Source: Cyanophora paradoxa CCMP329 (taxonomy: Eukaryota > Plantae > Glaucophyta). From it: 64,000 nt of DNA. Of this stretch, positions 42,404 through 54,534 are shown piece by piece. Numbering within the stretch: position 1 is the first letter of the stretch; each line of letters begins with the position of its first letter. The stretch is taken from contig QPMI01000561.1 in assembly GCA_004431415.1 (NCBI GenBank), forward strand, positions 1 through 64,000. The letters run 5' to 3'. The notes under the pieces are model-generated. The model was not told the DNA's origin, searched no databases, and worked only from the letters and a program-made list of their open reading frames with translations. A program made the position numbers and the translations under genes.

Positions 42404-42822
42404 CGCCGCCTGCCAGGCCGGCACTCGCGCGCCTTCAACAGAGTCGCGCTGATTGTGAGCTTTCCGAACGCCGGGGCCGCCGGGCCGGGGGGCGCAGGGG
42501 CGCTGCATGCGCATATGCATATGCCGAGCTAGCGCCGCGCGTGCCGCGGCCGCAGTGCGGGTCCGCGAATCTGGGCCGGGCGTACCGCAGCTCAGCGGCT
42601 GCTAGCTACGAGTCTGCAGCTAGCGCGAGCATTCCCCTGAGGCTGCAGGGGCGCTGCGCATGCGGGTCCGCGAATCTGGTCGTATAACGTTGCGTGCTGC
42701 GAGTCTGCAGCTAGCGCTGCACATTCCAGCTCGTTGCGCCGGCCATGGTTGGAGCTGTGCATGCGCATATGCATGAGCGTGCTGCGTGCAGCGTGCAGTC
42801 AAAAGGGGTACAATCAAATACG

Positions 42823-45373
42823 ATGCGGCTGCTCGGCGTCCTCCTCCTGCTCGCGGCGGCGCATGCGGCGGTCGGAATCGGTCTGCGCGGCGACGCCGGA
42901 GGCTCGCCGCTCTGGCCTCCGCCGTCGTACACGAATGAACGGGGCTCGTACAAGAGCGCGGGCGGAGAGCCCGCGTACAAGCGGGCGGAGAGCGCGGCGG
43001 TTCCACAGAACTGGGCAGTTCTCGTCGCCGGGAGCCGCGGCTGGTGGAACTACAGGCACCAAGCGGACGTGTCTCACGCCTATCAGATCCTTCACAAAAT
43101 GGGCTTCCCTGGTGAGCTTCTGACGGTGTAGTGGGCGCTCTGTGCGCGCGCAACCGCCTGACGTATGCGGCTCAGACTCCAACATCATCACCGTGAGAAC
43201 CTGTGATTTCCCGCTTCGTACGCGCAGCGCAGAGAGCCCAAAAGTCTCTTGCAGATGATGTACGACGACTTGGCATGGAATCCCCAGGCGAGCAGCGCGT
43301 TCTCGCGGGTGGCGCGCGCTAGCACTGATCGATCGGCGGCCCGCGGCCGCGGCCGCGTCCGCAGAATCCTTTCCCGGGCAACATCATCAACCAGGCGCGC
43401 TCGTTTCGAGCACGGCTTGTTCTTTCTCGTGCCTGACGCACGGGTCTTCTTCCGTGTACGTGCGTGCAGCCTGGCGGCAAGAACGTCTACGTCCGCCCGG
43501 ATTACGGGAACGACAGCGTCTCTGCGGACAACCTCTTCGCCGTCCTGCGGGGCCGTGCGGACAGGATCCGGGACTGGAACGGGGACGGGAAGCCCAAGGT
43601 CCTGCGCTCGGGACCCATGGACCGCGTCCTCGTCTACTTCAGGTGCCCGCCCCGCACGCGCGCGGGGCGCCGCTTTCGCGCGCGGGGCGCCGCTGACGCG
43701 TCCCCGCAGCGACCACGGCGCCGTCGGGATGATCGCCATGCCGGATGGCAGCCTCGTCTTCGCGAAGGCGTGCCGGATCGAATCCGAGCCGAGGCCGCCT
43801 CCGCCAGCGCTGATCGCGGGGCGGGGGCGCGCGCGCGCAGGACCTGGTGGACCTCCTGCTCGACATGTACCGCAAGCGGCGCTTCCGCGAGCTCGTCTTC
43901 TACATGGAGGCCTGCGAGTCCGGCTCCATGTTCGAGGCGCGCCCGCGCCGCGCGGCCGACCTCGGTCTCGCTCGGGCCCGGAGCCGAGCGCCGCGCCGCG
44001 CCGCAGGACCTGCTCCCGGACAACGCGCGCATCTTCGCCACGACGTGCGCCCGGCGGCGCCCTCCCCGCCGCGGCGCCGGGGGGCCGGGCGTCGACGCGC
44101 GGCGCGCAGGGCGGCGAACGCGCAGGAGAGCTCCTACGCGTGCTACTTCGACGACGCGCGGGGCACGTACCTCGGCGACCTCTACTCCGTCTCCTGGCTC
44201 GAGGTGCGGGCCCCGCCGCCGCCGCTCCCGGTGCGGCCCCGCGAGCGGGCGCGGGGCAGAACACGGAGGCGACGGCGCCCGAGTGCGAGACCCTCGAGCA
44301 GCAGTTCAAGGCCGTGCGCAACCTCACCAGATCGAGGTGCCCCGCCGGGCCCTCCGCCGAGACCTCGGGCGCGGGGTCTGACGGGGCGGGGCGGGCGGGG
44401 CGGGGCGGGGCGGGCAGCCACGTGATGCAGTTCGGGGACCTGGACGTCGCGCGCCAGCCCCTCTCCAACTACATGGCCTTCCTCCACGAGACGGGGCCCC
44501 TACCCGCGGCCGCCGCCGCCTCCAAGCCGGGGCCCTTCCGCCCGCCCCCGAACCCCTGCCCGTGCGCGGCCCCTGGCCGCCCGCCGCCGTCCCTCCGAGC
44601 CGGCTCGATCGCTGCGCCGCGGCAGGCCTCCGGAGGCCGGAGGGGCGGGGGCCCACCCGGCCGCCGCCGACGCGTCAGCGCCCGGGACGCGCCCCTCGAG
44701 GTGCCCTCGCCCGCCGCGCGCCCGCCCGCGTCCGCCGACTGCGCGCGCGCCTGCAGGCGATGGTCCGGGCCTCGGCGCGCCTCCCCAACGGCCTGCAGCG
44801 GGTGCCCTTCCCACCAACCCTCACCGGGCGCTACCGGCCGCCCCGGCTCCTCTGATCCCCGCCGGCTCAGATGGCGGCGGCGAGCGAGGCGCGCGCGGAG
44901 GTGCAGCGACGGCGCCGGGCGGACGCTCTGTTCGCTGCCATCGGCGAGCGCGCGGCGGCGGCGGCCGGCGGCGGCGCCTCGCTCGCGGAGCGGCCGCTGC
45001 GGGGCGGGCGGCCGCCGCGCGACTGGCGCTGCTACAAGCACGCCGTGCGCGAGTACGTGCGCGCCTGCGGGGCCGCCGTGCCCCTCGCCGAGTACGCCCT
45101 CAAGGTCTGCCCCCGCCCCGCCCCGCCTCCCAAATCCACTCTAGGCCTGGATCTACATGCGGTCCTCTAGACCGTCACGGCGTCGGGGAGCCCGGCGGGG
45201 CGCGGGGCTCGCGCGGGGCTAGCTCACGCGGGGCGGGGCGGGGGCAGTACGCGTACGTGCTGGCGAACTTCTGCGAGGCGGGGCTCGGCCGCGAGGCCGC
45301 GCGCGAGGTCCTCGCCGGCGTCTGCGGCGCGGAGGCCGCCCCCGGCCCGCCCCTCGACCCCGAGCTCTCCTAG
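42823..45373 (+). CDS. Legumain / vacuolar processing enzyme (peptidase C13), multi-exon
   Basis: Signal peptide, [48 protein letters not shown]. Confidence 0.95.
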
Positions 45374-45787
45374 GCCAGCCCGCGCCCGGCGGCCTGCCGC
45401 GCGCCCTGCAGCCGGCGCCGGCGCCCCCGCGGCCGCCCCGGCGCCCGGCCCGCCCGCATCATCGATATCGCGGCATCTGCGTGCGGTATCGCATGCGCAC
45501 GGTATGCGTGCGGCGCGCGCGTCCACGCGTACGGCCGCACGCGATGGAGCCTATATATGTATAGCTATATATACCTACAAGAAATGCGCTACAATACGTG
45601 TACCCTCCCCACGTCACAGTGTGTACCCTCGCCACGAAAAATCCAGTTACCCCTATTTTGGAGCTCTTTTTGGACTCCATTTATATATATTGCATATATT
45701 GCATCATTTTTGCAATTGGACTCGGGAGTCGGGACTCCGGGATCCCGAGTCCGGGAGTCCGGGATATCGATGGCCATGGCCCATGGC

Positions 45788-46121
45788 TAGGGGTGAGTAT
45801 CGAGTCCACTGGTCGTATTGCTCGACTCGACTCGGTACCCGGTCGAATTGCTCGGACTCGGCTCGAGTCCGGGTAGAGTCGGAGGACTCGAGTCCCGGGA
45901 TCGAATCCGGGGGGGGGCTAGAAGGGGCGTTTTGGGGTACTCGCACTCCTGGTTTCCTTGGCCCCCCCAGTTCGCGGATTCGCCCCCCCGAACTCGAGTC
46001 CAAGACTCGAGTCCTGGGGAATCGAACCCGACTCGAGTCGGATGCCCGAATTGCTCGGACTCGCTACCCGGTGGGTTTGCTCGAGTCGACTCGAGTCGGA
46101 CTCGGACTCGGTGCACCCCTA
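45788..46121. mobile_element. hAT-type MITE, 334 bp
   Basis: Termini TAGGGGTG...CACCCCTA; perfect 8-bp TSD CCCATGGC (45780-45787 and 46122-46129); interior full of GACTCG/CGAGTC motifs. Confidence 0.85.
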
Positions 46122-46166
46122 CCCATGGCCATGGCCAATCATTTGAATGGCCATATGGCCCGCCGC

Positions 46167-48885
46167 TAGGGTTGCCACTTACGGCGTAAGTCCCCCAAAA
46201 GGTCACCCGGGTGACCGTCGGACCCGGCGCGGCGGCGCCGGCTGCTCTGCGCGGCACTTGTCGGGCCCGCCGCCCGGGTACTGTAAACGTACGAATATAT
46301 ATCCGCCAGTACTGTAGGATGGCTTAAGCTTAAATTGCCGTGTAGTTAATTTTATAAATTGCCGAATTCGGCCAAAACCGGAATTAATTGCCGTACGTGG
46401 CGATAAATTGCAGAAACTCTGGATTTTTTCTATGGCGCCATACAAAAGCGGCTATTTTGCTCTACCCCCCGAGAATTGCCGCGGCTCTAAATTGCCGAAT
46501 TTGGCGTCTATAGATCTAGCTCGAGATCTAGAATTTGGCGCAAATTGCCGAATTTGGCGTCTAGAATATTAAGCCTTTGTGTGGATCCCGGAGAGATCTA
46601 GATTCTAGAGGGGTCTCAGACTCTCAGGCTCTCAGCTGCTGATCTCTATATATATATTATATAGCGAATTCGAAGTCGCCGGGCGGCGAAATATCAATCA
46701 ATTTAAGATGCTGACGGATTATATATAATTTTCGCCAGGATTACCGCGGGCGTTGCAATTGGCGAATTAAAGTGCCGTGGATATTAATTCGTACGTTTAC
46801 GTACGTACGAATATATATTGTATGACGAATATATTTGATACTCTTTGACGAATATTTGATAATCTTGAGCGGAAATTTTGTATGGAGTGGGGTACTAACG
46901 GCTGACCCGTCTATGGCGCCGGCGGAGTCGCGGGGCCGACGAAAATATGATGCCGTCGAACCATATATTTTCACGATTTTCGGGTTTTGTCGAAATTAAG
47001 TCTCGACGAACATTTCTACGTTTACAGTACGCCGTCGCACACAGCACTACCTATCCTGCGATTCGTATCCAGTACCCCACCGTATGTAAAAAAACCATCA
47101 GCAACAGTGCAACGTTAACTTCGATACTGGAGAACCAGCTGCAGAAATATTTAGTACGTGGGCTGCATATTTATAGTACAAAAAGTTTTTGAGCGAAGTA
47201 ACAAAGTTTTATCGCTCATGATCACTAGAGAGGCGGGGAGGGGGGGTACCGTTCGAAAAGGCCTTTAGCGCGGGAAAGCATGCCGGCGCCGCCCAAGCGT
47301 GTAGGCTACGGTGTAGCTAAGCGCCAGGCGTCGCCGCCGAGCTCCAGCGATGAAAGGCCGTCCAGCCGAGCAGCCACACCGCGCTGGAACCCCGAGCTCG
47401 AGGAGATCTGAGCTCGATCGCGAGCAGCTAGGGCTATAGCTAGCGCTAGCGGTTTCTCGACTTGTACAGTAACGTAACATTGACAGCAGCGATCTGCAGC
47501 GGCGGGGGCGGGGGGGGGCGGGGGGGGGCCTCCGCTGACGCCCCCTAGGGAGCGGTTTGGCCGGACCTACCAAATATTTCCCGCCCACTAAAATGTCCAA
47601 AATCGCGAAGTACTAATTATTTTCCTGTACTAAATTAACCAGTTCTACAGTATTCTGCAAGCCGACCCGGCCGTCCCAGGCTGCCAGCTGCAGGGCCAAT
47701 CAAAAAGTTTAGGGCCGTCCGAGTCCGCGACTCGGCGAGGTCGGCCAATCGAACGGACCGTCGACGTCCGCCGCGCGGTCCGCGTCATGAATTTCGAATC
47801 GATATCGGACTCGAGCTCATGATCATGAATTGAATCTCCTGTACCGGTCCGGTACCGTACCGGTACCGCGCGGCGCGCGGCGCGCCGGCGCCGCGCGCGC
47901 GCGCGGGCCGCGGCGCCGCGGCGGGTAGGGTTGCCACTTACGACCAGTGAAGGAAAAATTTCACTTTCCAAACTTTCAACTTGAAAATTTTCATGTAAAT
48001 TTTCAGAAAATTTTCACTGCCAAAAAGAGCCATGAAAACTTTTAATATATTTGCAAAGGGGGTACTTCTGAAGCTGCTGTTCTGGGGGTGTTTGACGCCG
48101 AAAATGAGGGTCAAATACGCCAGAATACGAGATAGTTGAAGGCCACACAGCTCTTGCGGTCTCAGATGTTGTTGAGGGACCGGGAAAGGCACCCCTAAGG
48201 AACCGTACCCCCTTTCTTCAACCTGAAAAGAACGGCAAAGGCGCATGAAATGACATTTAGAGGTCGCGTATGACATTGCAAAGCATAGCGCTTCTGTTTA
48301 GACGCTTGTTTGGAGCGAGATGTGTATCACTTTTGCTGTGCAAGTAAACTTTGTATGGTGAAAATATTTGCTGAAAGTTTTCGAAAGTTTACTGAAAGTT
48401 TTCAGGGTCCCTTTGGAATAATAAAATTTCACAAACACTGCTTACGACTTACAGACTTACGCGTAAGTCCGTAAGTGTAAGTGGCGACTTACACTTACGG
48501 GCCCCCGAAATGGGACTTACGGCCGTAAGTCGTAAGTCCCCATGGGGATACCCCCTACGAGCAGCAAAAAGACCGTAGATTTGTGTTAAAATCGATCTAA
48601 ATCGAGTAAATTTGCACATCTTACACATGAAGACGTGCTTTTAGGCCTCTGAAAGGGGTGAGAGCCACTGAGAGGACGCCTGAACGGGCCTCCGGTGGTC
48701 ATGATGTCTATCTGGGATGGCACTTTTACTGCCCAAACAAGCCCCATTCCTTCCCAAACACACAGAAAAAGACTGAAGACAATCTATCTCGCAGATTGAG
48801 ACGAGTTTTCTGTGGTTTCTGGCCGACTTACGGCCGACTTACGGCGGACTTACGACTTACACTTACACTTACACTTACACTTACG
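46167..48885. repeat. Fragments of hAT-like elements with ACTTAC/GTAAGT subterminal repeats
   Basis: TAGGGTTGCCACTTACG at 46167 and 47926; ACTTAC/GTAAGT arrays at 48441-48540 and 48825-48885. Confidence 0.5.
46281..47027. mobile_element. Non-autonomous Tc1/mariner-pogo-like element (possibly two tandem or nested)
   Basis: TA|CTGTAAACGTA ... TACGTTTACAG|TA; additional TIR-like copy near 46787; internal AAATTGCCG repeats. Confidence 0.55.
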
Positions 48886-50192
48886 GCGGGTTTTGGGCCG
48901 GGTCGCATCCGATATACCGTATCGATATCGATCCGGCGCGAGGACCGTGACCCGGCCCGCCGGCGGCGGCGCCCGGCCCGGCGCGCGCAGACTCCCGCAG
49001 AGTCGCCGCAGACGTCGACCCACTGGGCCACGGCCACGCCTGGCCATGGCACATGATGGCAGTGACGGACCACGCGCGCATCATCGCGGCGCATGCCGCA
49101 GACTGCCCGCAGTGCGCACGGTCCGGTGCCACGCGGTGCGCATCCGATGATCCGCATGCGCAGCTGTACTAGTAAGCTTAAGCCGTGAAGGTCCGACGGT
49201 CTGTACAGACTGTACTACCGTAGTACGGTACGCATGCGCAGTGTACGGTCTAGCCGCTGATCATGAGCGAACGCCGGTATATATACGTAGCCTGCTGCCT
49301 GCCTCGCGGCCCTCGCGTGGCGACCGTCACTGAAGTCACTCATCAGTGACTGCGGCGTCGGACTCCCAATCCCTCCGGAGTCCTGGAGTCCTTCTATATC
49401 TGTGCGTCGATCACGGCGGCGTCTAGTGCGCAGCTACTGAGCCGCGACGTCGACTCCCGGGAGTCCCGGCACGAATCCCGGGCGGCGGGGAAATCCGGTG
49501 AGCCGCCGCGCGGCCAGCTGCAGCTGCATCGATATTCGGAGGCCAACTCTCAGGCAGGAGTCTCAGCCCAACCGTACGCGTGAGCTGCAACCTCTGCAAG
49601 GGCGCCGCGCGCGCTCCCCGCGCCGCGGCCGGCACACGTGCACGGGCCGCGGCCGGCAGGCCAGCTCCCGCCGGCGGCCGCGTCCAGGCGTGTCGGCGTT
49701 AGCTCGTGCTCATCAGCTAAGCTGCAACAGCCGCTGAGGCTGCAAGGTCCTGCAAAGTCAACGCCGACCGGTACCGCGGGGCGCGGGCGACCTGCGGCGC
49801 CATGTCCACGATCATCGGATCAGCTTCTCGAGCTCTGTTCCGCTGGCTTAAGCTTTAGCCATCGGGCCGACCCGCGGCCTGTGCACGCACGCGCTTCTGA
49901 CCAACCTGCGCACATGCATAGCCTAGCTGGCAGCTGTACGTGTGCTGCGAAGAATTCGAACGTTTGAGATCATCTACATGATCATGACTTCGCGTCTGGC
50001 CGGCGCTTCGAGCTTGACGGTGTGTACACGTACTTGTAATTGTGCATGTACAGCAAACTTAACAATCGTGTGTACGCGCTTCAAAACCTGATCGCGATGG
50101 TGCTTACGCAGAGCTCGTCCAAAGATCCGAACACCTCGTTACATTCATCCCTTCGATATTGGCGTCTGGATCGAACCAAGAAGCAGGCTCGC

Positions 50193-50556
50193 ATGCCCGA
50201 CCATGATCGCGAAATCCACCTTTCAATCTTTATTTTCTTCTTTCTGGCACTCCCAATAGGTGCGCCGGCAGCAGCTCTAAGCTGACCATCCGATGATCAC
50301 ACCGCCGACAAATAGTTAACACAATCCTGCAGCTGCACTGTCATTGGAGCAGGAATACGCGCCCCCGGCAACGCTGCCGGGGCACACAGGGCGGGTGCTC
50401 TCCTTGGCGCTCGACGGCACAGGACGCCTGCTGGCCTCGGCAGGGGACGACGGCACCGTGCGACTCTGGAGCATCAATGCGACGGGCGGCACACTCTTGC
50501 GCTCACTCAGCAGTGGCGTGCACGTGAGGGACTCCGTGTACTCCGTGTACTCCGTG
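50193..50556 (+). CDS. 5' part of a WD40-repeat putative secreted/surface protein, interrupted by the retrotransposon
   Basis: Hydrophobic leader, then GHTGRVLSLAL..LLASAGDDGTVRLW; ends VRDSVYSV at the insertion. Confidence 0.75.
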
Positions 50557-50830
50557 AGGAAAAAAACAGGAAGGCGCCTGCCAACCCGCCTCACCCGCAG
50601 CGTAGCGCTGCGCGCACGCCAGTAAGTGAGAGAGTAGAGGTCGAAACAGCCAGGGTAGCGTCCGTAGCGATGTCTACCAAGGTATGCCGACCACTCTCTC
50701 CAAACCGCCCAGCCCCAGTACCTGCGCCACCCGGGAGTCCCTGGGTGATGTAACTGCAAGCAGTTACCGCGTGGGCCTCGCGTCCCGCACTCCCTGGACC
50801 GCCCTCTCGATCGTGAAATCTTTCCCCCGC

Positions 50831-53519
50831 ATGACCTCAACCGGCCCCAAGACCGGCTCCCCGCGTTCGCCTCCCCCGACTTGACGCCCCCGAAAATACT
50901 AGACCCACAGCTTCCATAGAGTCGCGGCAAGCCGCGAAAGCTGGGTCGGCCGCCGTGCACACCTCCAGAACGCGCGCCGAGGCAGCACGCCCGCCAAAGT
51001 CTGACACGCCTCCCGGTCCGCAGAAGTCAGAGAAGGCCAAAGACCCGCGCCGGCATACCGAAGACGCGGATGGCGCCCCTAGCCGGGCTCAGAAGTCCCC
51101 GGCTCTGGCCGAGTCCCTCCAGAACCTGAACCTCGCCTCGGCCCCGAAGATCGTCCAGAACCTCCTCGCCGAAATCCGGTCGAAGTTCCCCACTCCAGAC
51201 GGCTCGCCGGCGGACCTGGACCAGATTCACTCGGCCTATGCACCTCCCGTCTGGTGACTGCCTCTCAATCCTGCGGCACGCAACCTGACCGAGTTCGCGA
51301 CTCACACGGGCGCCCGCAGTACTGCCAGCAACTGCCGGCAGGAGCGCTAAAGCCGATCCCGCTCGATGACCCGTACTGGGATTCGCCGGAGAACGCCCTG
51401 CGCTCAATCGTAGCGAACTGGATCTTCCACGCGGAAGGCACCATCCGGCGGCATGAAGAATATGAAAACGCCCGGCTCGCTGAGGCGGCGGCCCGCAACC
51501 AGCAGCACGCGCAACAACAGCAGCAGCAGCAGCTGCAGCAGCAGCTGCAGCAGCAGCAGCAGCAGCAGCAACAGCTCAATCAGAACGCGGACCCGGCCGC
51601 GAGGAACGCCGCCGCGCCCTCGAAGCCGCCGCCCTCGCCGCCGAAAACGATCTGACAGATGAGGAGCTCGGTGCCGCCCGGCGCCTCCAGTTCCGCGCCG
51701 AAATCGATGCGGAACAGCTACTTCAGATCGCCGATTCCCCGGTGGACGCCAACTCGCCGGAAGGTCGGGCGGAAGCTGAAAAGCTTCTCAATGCCGCGCT
51801 CGGAGACCTCGCCCTGCTGCGAGAGGCGCCCGCTGACTACCGCTCGATCGGCCGCACCGGCGAACGGCTCATGCTCCGCGTCGGCTTCACGTCGCGCGAG
51901 GCTCAGCGGGCGTTCTGCAGTGCCAAGCTCCCATGCGTGCGCCTGGGCTGCGCGCCACCCGGGACGGCCGCTGATTCGCCCCGCCAGTTTCTCTTGGATG
52001 CGGCCACGGAGACATACCTCGCTCGTCGGCCTTTCTACAAAGAAGAGCGTATGGACGACGAAGACGTCAAAAACCGAACCTTCCAGGCCCTTGACATACC
52101 CCTAGACGCGCGCACGAACGAAATCATAGACGGGCTCGAAGAGCTCATGAAAGAGGCGAGCCTCGCCTGCCATCGCGTCGGCGGACGGCTGATCCTCGCC
52201 CCGCCGCGCCAGATCCTGGGAGACAGCGCCGCGGAAGTCTACGACGAACACCCAACGCTGCTCGGAGACCTCAAGATCGACTACGTGCAGAAGAAACAAC
52301 GCATCGCGGATAACAACGCCAAACGTGTACGCAGTTGCCTGCCGCGGCTAGCGCGCTGGGCCCCTCCCGCGCCCCACTTCACGAGCCCGGCAGGCCGTGT
52401 TCACAGTCCCGCCGGCCCCCAAGCTCATTGCGGCCCTCCCGCGCCTCCACTCTTGGGTAAAGCTGCGGACCCTTGTCCGCATCCGACCGGGCCGCGATCT
52501 CCCCCGGAGATGACGCCAGCGAACGCGCTGACGCTAGCGGGGGTGCCGCCCGAAGCCAAGATCAGCGGACTTGCCAAGCTCCTGGCCTCGCTCGAAGTGG
52601 ACCGTGTGGTCTGGTACAGCAAGGCGATCCCGAGACCGGGGCAGGCCGCACAGTCGGGACCGCGGACGTGCAGCGCTGGCAGGAGTCCCACTCCGCCTTC
52701 GACCCCGACCCCCTGCTCGCCTGGACGGCCTTCAGCCGCGTGCCGTTTGTCCACCTCGTCTTCCGGACGGCCGACGCGCTTGCCGCAACCAAGCAGATCT
52801 ATCTCGGCCCGGCGGCGGACCCGATGCACGACGACGAGGACGACATCCCGCCCAGCGAGGCGTACCCGCCCGCCACGGCCGCAAGTTCGCGGGTCGCTAT
52901 ATAGTCGTCCCCTTCGAGGTTCCCCCTCGCCCGCCCGGCCCGCCCTCCCTGGCGCGCCTAAGGGTCTGCAGCGCTACATGTGCCCTGACTGCGCGGCCCG
53001 GAGGCCCTGGACACGCTCGCTGGCCTTCTCAAGGAAGGGCGGGCGCTGGATGACGTGTCCCATTCGCCGCCGGAGCGGGACGGCGACCGCAAGTGCAAGC
53101 CCGCCACGACGAACGCCGCAAGGCCATCGCGGATGCCCGCGAAGCCGACCGCCGCCAGCGCGAAGAGCAGCGCCGGCAGGCCCAGTCCGGCGCCACCAAG
53201 CAGCGCCTGGAGGAGAGGCAGCGCCGAGCGGAGGCGCAGCGGGAGCAGGCGGCCGAGGCGGCGGCGACCTCTCAGGAGGTTCTCGCCGCGATGGGGGAGG
53301 CTCCGGCGCTCGGCCCAACACCTACATGGAGGCGGCCGCCAGGGGGCGCGGCGCGAGCCGCGGGACGAGCCGCGGGCTGGGCCGCGGAGCCGGCCGGGGA
53401 GCGGGGCGCGGCGCCAGTCTGGGCGGCGGTGGGCGAACCGGGGCGGGGCGCAGACGGGCCCACCCCATGCCGGGCGCCCGCAGTCGACGGGCCCGTCTAA
53501 GCGCCCGCGAAACGCCTAG
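50831..53519 (+). CDS. Retrotransposon ORF1 (gag-like; polyQ, Cys/His knuckle), frameshifted
   Basis: Continuous protein-like text across frames; CPDC..GH..C..H..C near 52980-53100, then a coiled coil. Confidence 0.6.
51499..51573 (+). repeat. CAG/CAA microsatellite encoding polyQ in ORF1
   Basis: NQQHAQQQQQQQLQQQLQQQQQQQQQ. Confidence 0.85.
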
Positions 53520-53897
53520 ACTAGAGCTTCTCTTTCGTCAGCTAGTTCGACTGCAGCTGTGCGCATGTGTTGCAGTAGTACGTGAACGGAGGTGGCAGAA
53601 CTACGCCCCGCCCGAGTACTGGTATCAGAGAGTCGGCGCGCGAAGACGGTGGCGGCTGTGCCTGCGCCACCCGCACTCGCAAGCCGACGCCGGCGCCGCG
53701 CCACGCGTGAGCCCAGCGCTAGCTTGGCTGACCCGGGCCGGCTAGCCCCGGATCCGGAGTCCGGACTCCGGAGGCGTTGCCGGTCGGCTGCCGCGCAATT
53801 AACAATCCTTATGACTAGGATCCGGACCATGCATATACACATGTACACGAGTCCCGGAGAATGGACCACACGTACCCCCACCAGAATCCACCCCGCC

Positions 53898-54417
53898 ATG
53901 GCGACGCCGGAGCCGGCGCCCCGCCCGACCCTCGCGCAACTCATGGCGACCGGCGAATACAATGACGTTACATACGAAGTAGCCGTCGACGACCCGGCCA
54001 TCCGCGTCTTGCAAAGCGTCCTCGGCCTACACCACGCACTCTTCCACCCTAGTCACGGGTTGCTAGTGCTGCCGGGTACTTTCGAAACCATAGAAGCGGT
54101 CAGCTCAAACTGCCGCGGCCACGAGCTCTGGATCAAAGCTCGGACCTCGCTCCTTGGACGAAAGGCGGGCCGCGCCGCCGCGGACGCATTGGCATTCAAT
54201 GGTCGGGCCTCGTGGGCCACCTGGACGCCCGGTGCGGAGGTGCACCGCCAGGGAACAGCCCCTCATCCCGTGCCCTTGCCGCCCGCACCCTCACTGCCTC
54301 GCACCGTCGCAGACACACCAGTACCGGCTGGAAGAGACCCGTGACTGCGCAACGCTGGGCAGTAAGCTGCGCGCCCTGCGCCCCAGACGCCGCGGAGGCG
54401 TCGACGGCGCCCCCTGA
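53898..54417 (+). CDS. Additional ORF of unknown function between ORF1 and ORF2
   Basis: GCCATGG start (MATPEPAPRPTLAQLMATGEYNDVTYEV...); 3' end uncertain (54344 or 54417). Confidence 0.45.
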
Positions 54418-54534
54418 AAGACACGCAGGCCGCCACCCGTCCCCCACGCCGGCTCCAGAAAGGAGGCAGGACCGCCCGACATGCCCCCGCACACACTTGC
54501 TATCGGTAGATCTCCACCCCCTGGCTATCCCGCC

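Noticed and set aside
24452-45500. Many long R/P/G/A-rich ORFs on both strands (e.g. 24892-27789, 25311-27959)
   Set aside because: Artefacts of very high GC content with few stop codons; the real genes are spliced and recognisable by motifs.
48825-48885. (ACACTT)n as telomeric repeat
   Set aside because: Short, internal, and part of the ACTTAC subterminal motif family of nearby transposon fragments.
50557-50830. Self-cleaving ribozyme in the LINE 5' UTR
   Set aside because: No hammerhead or HDV core could be identified by eye; would need a covariance-model search.
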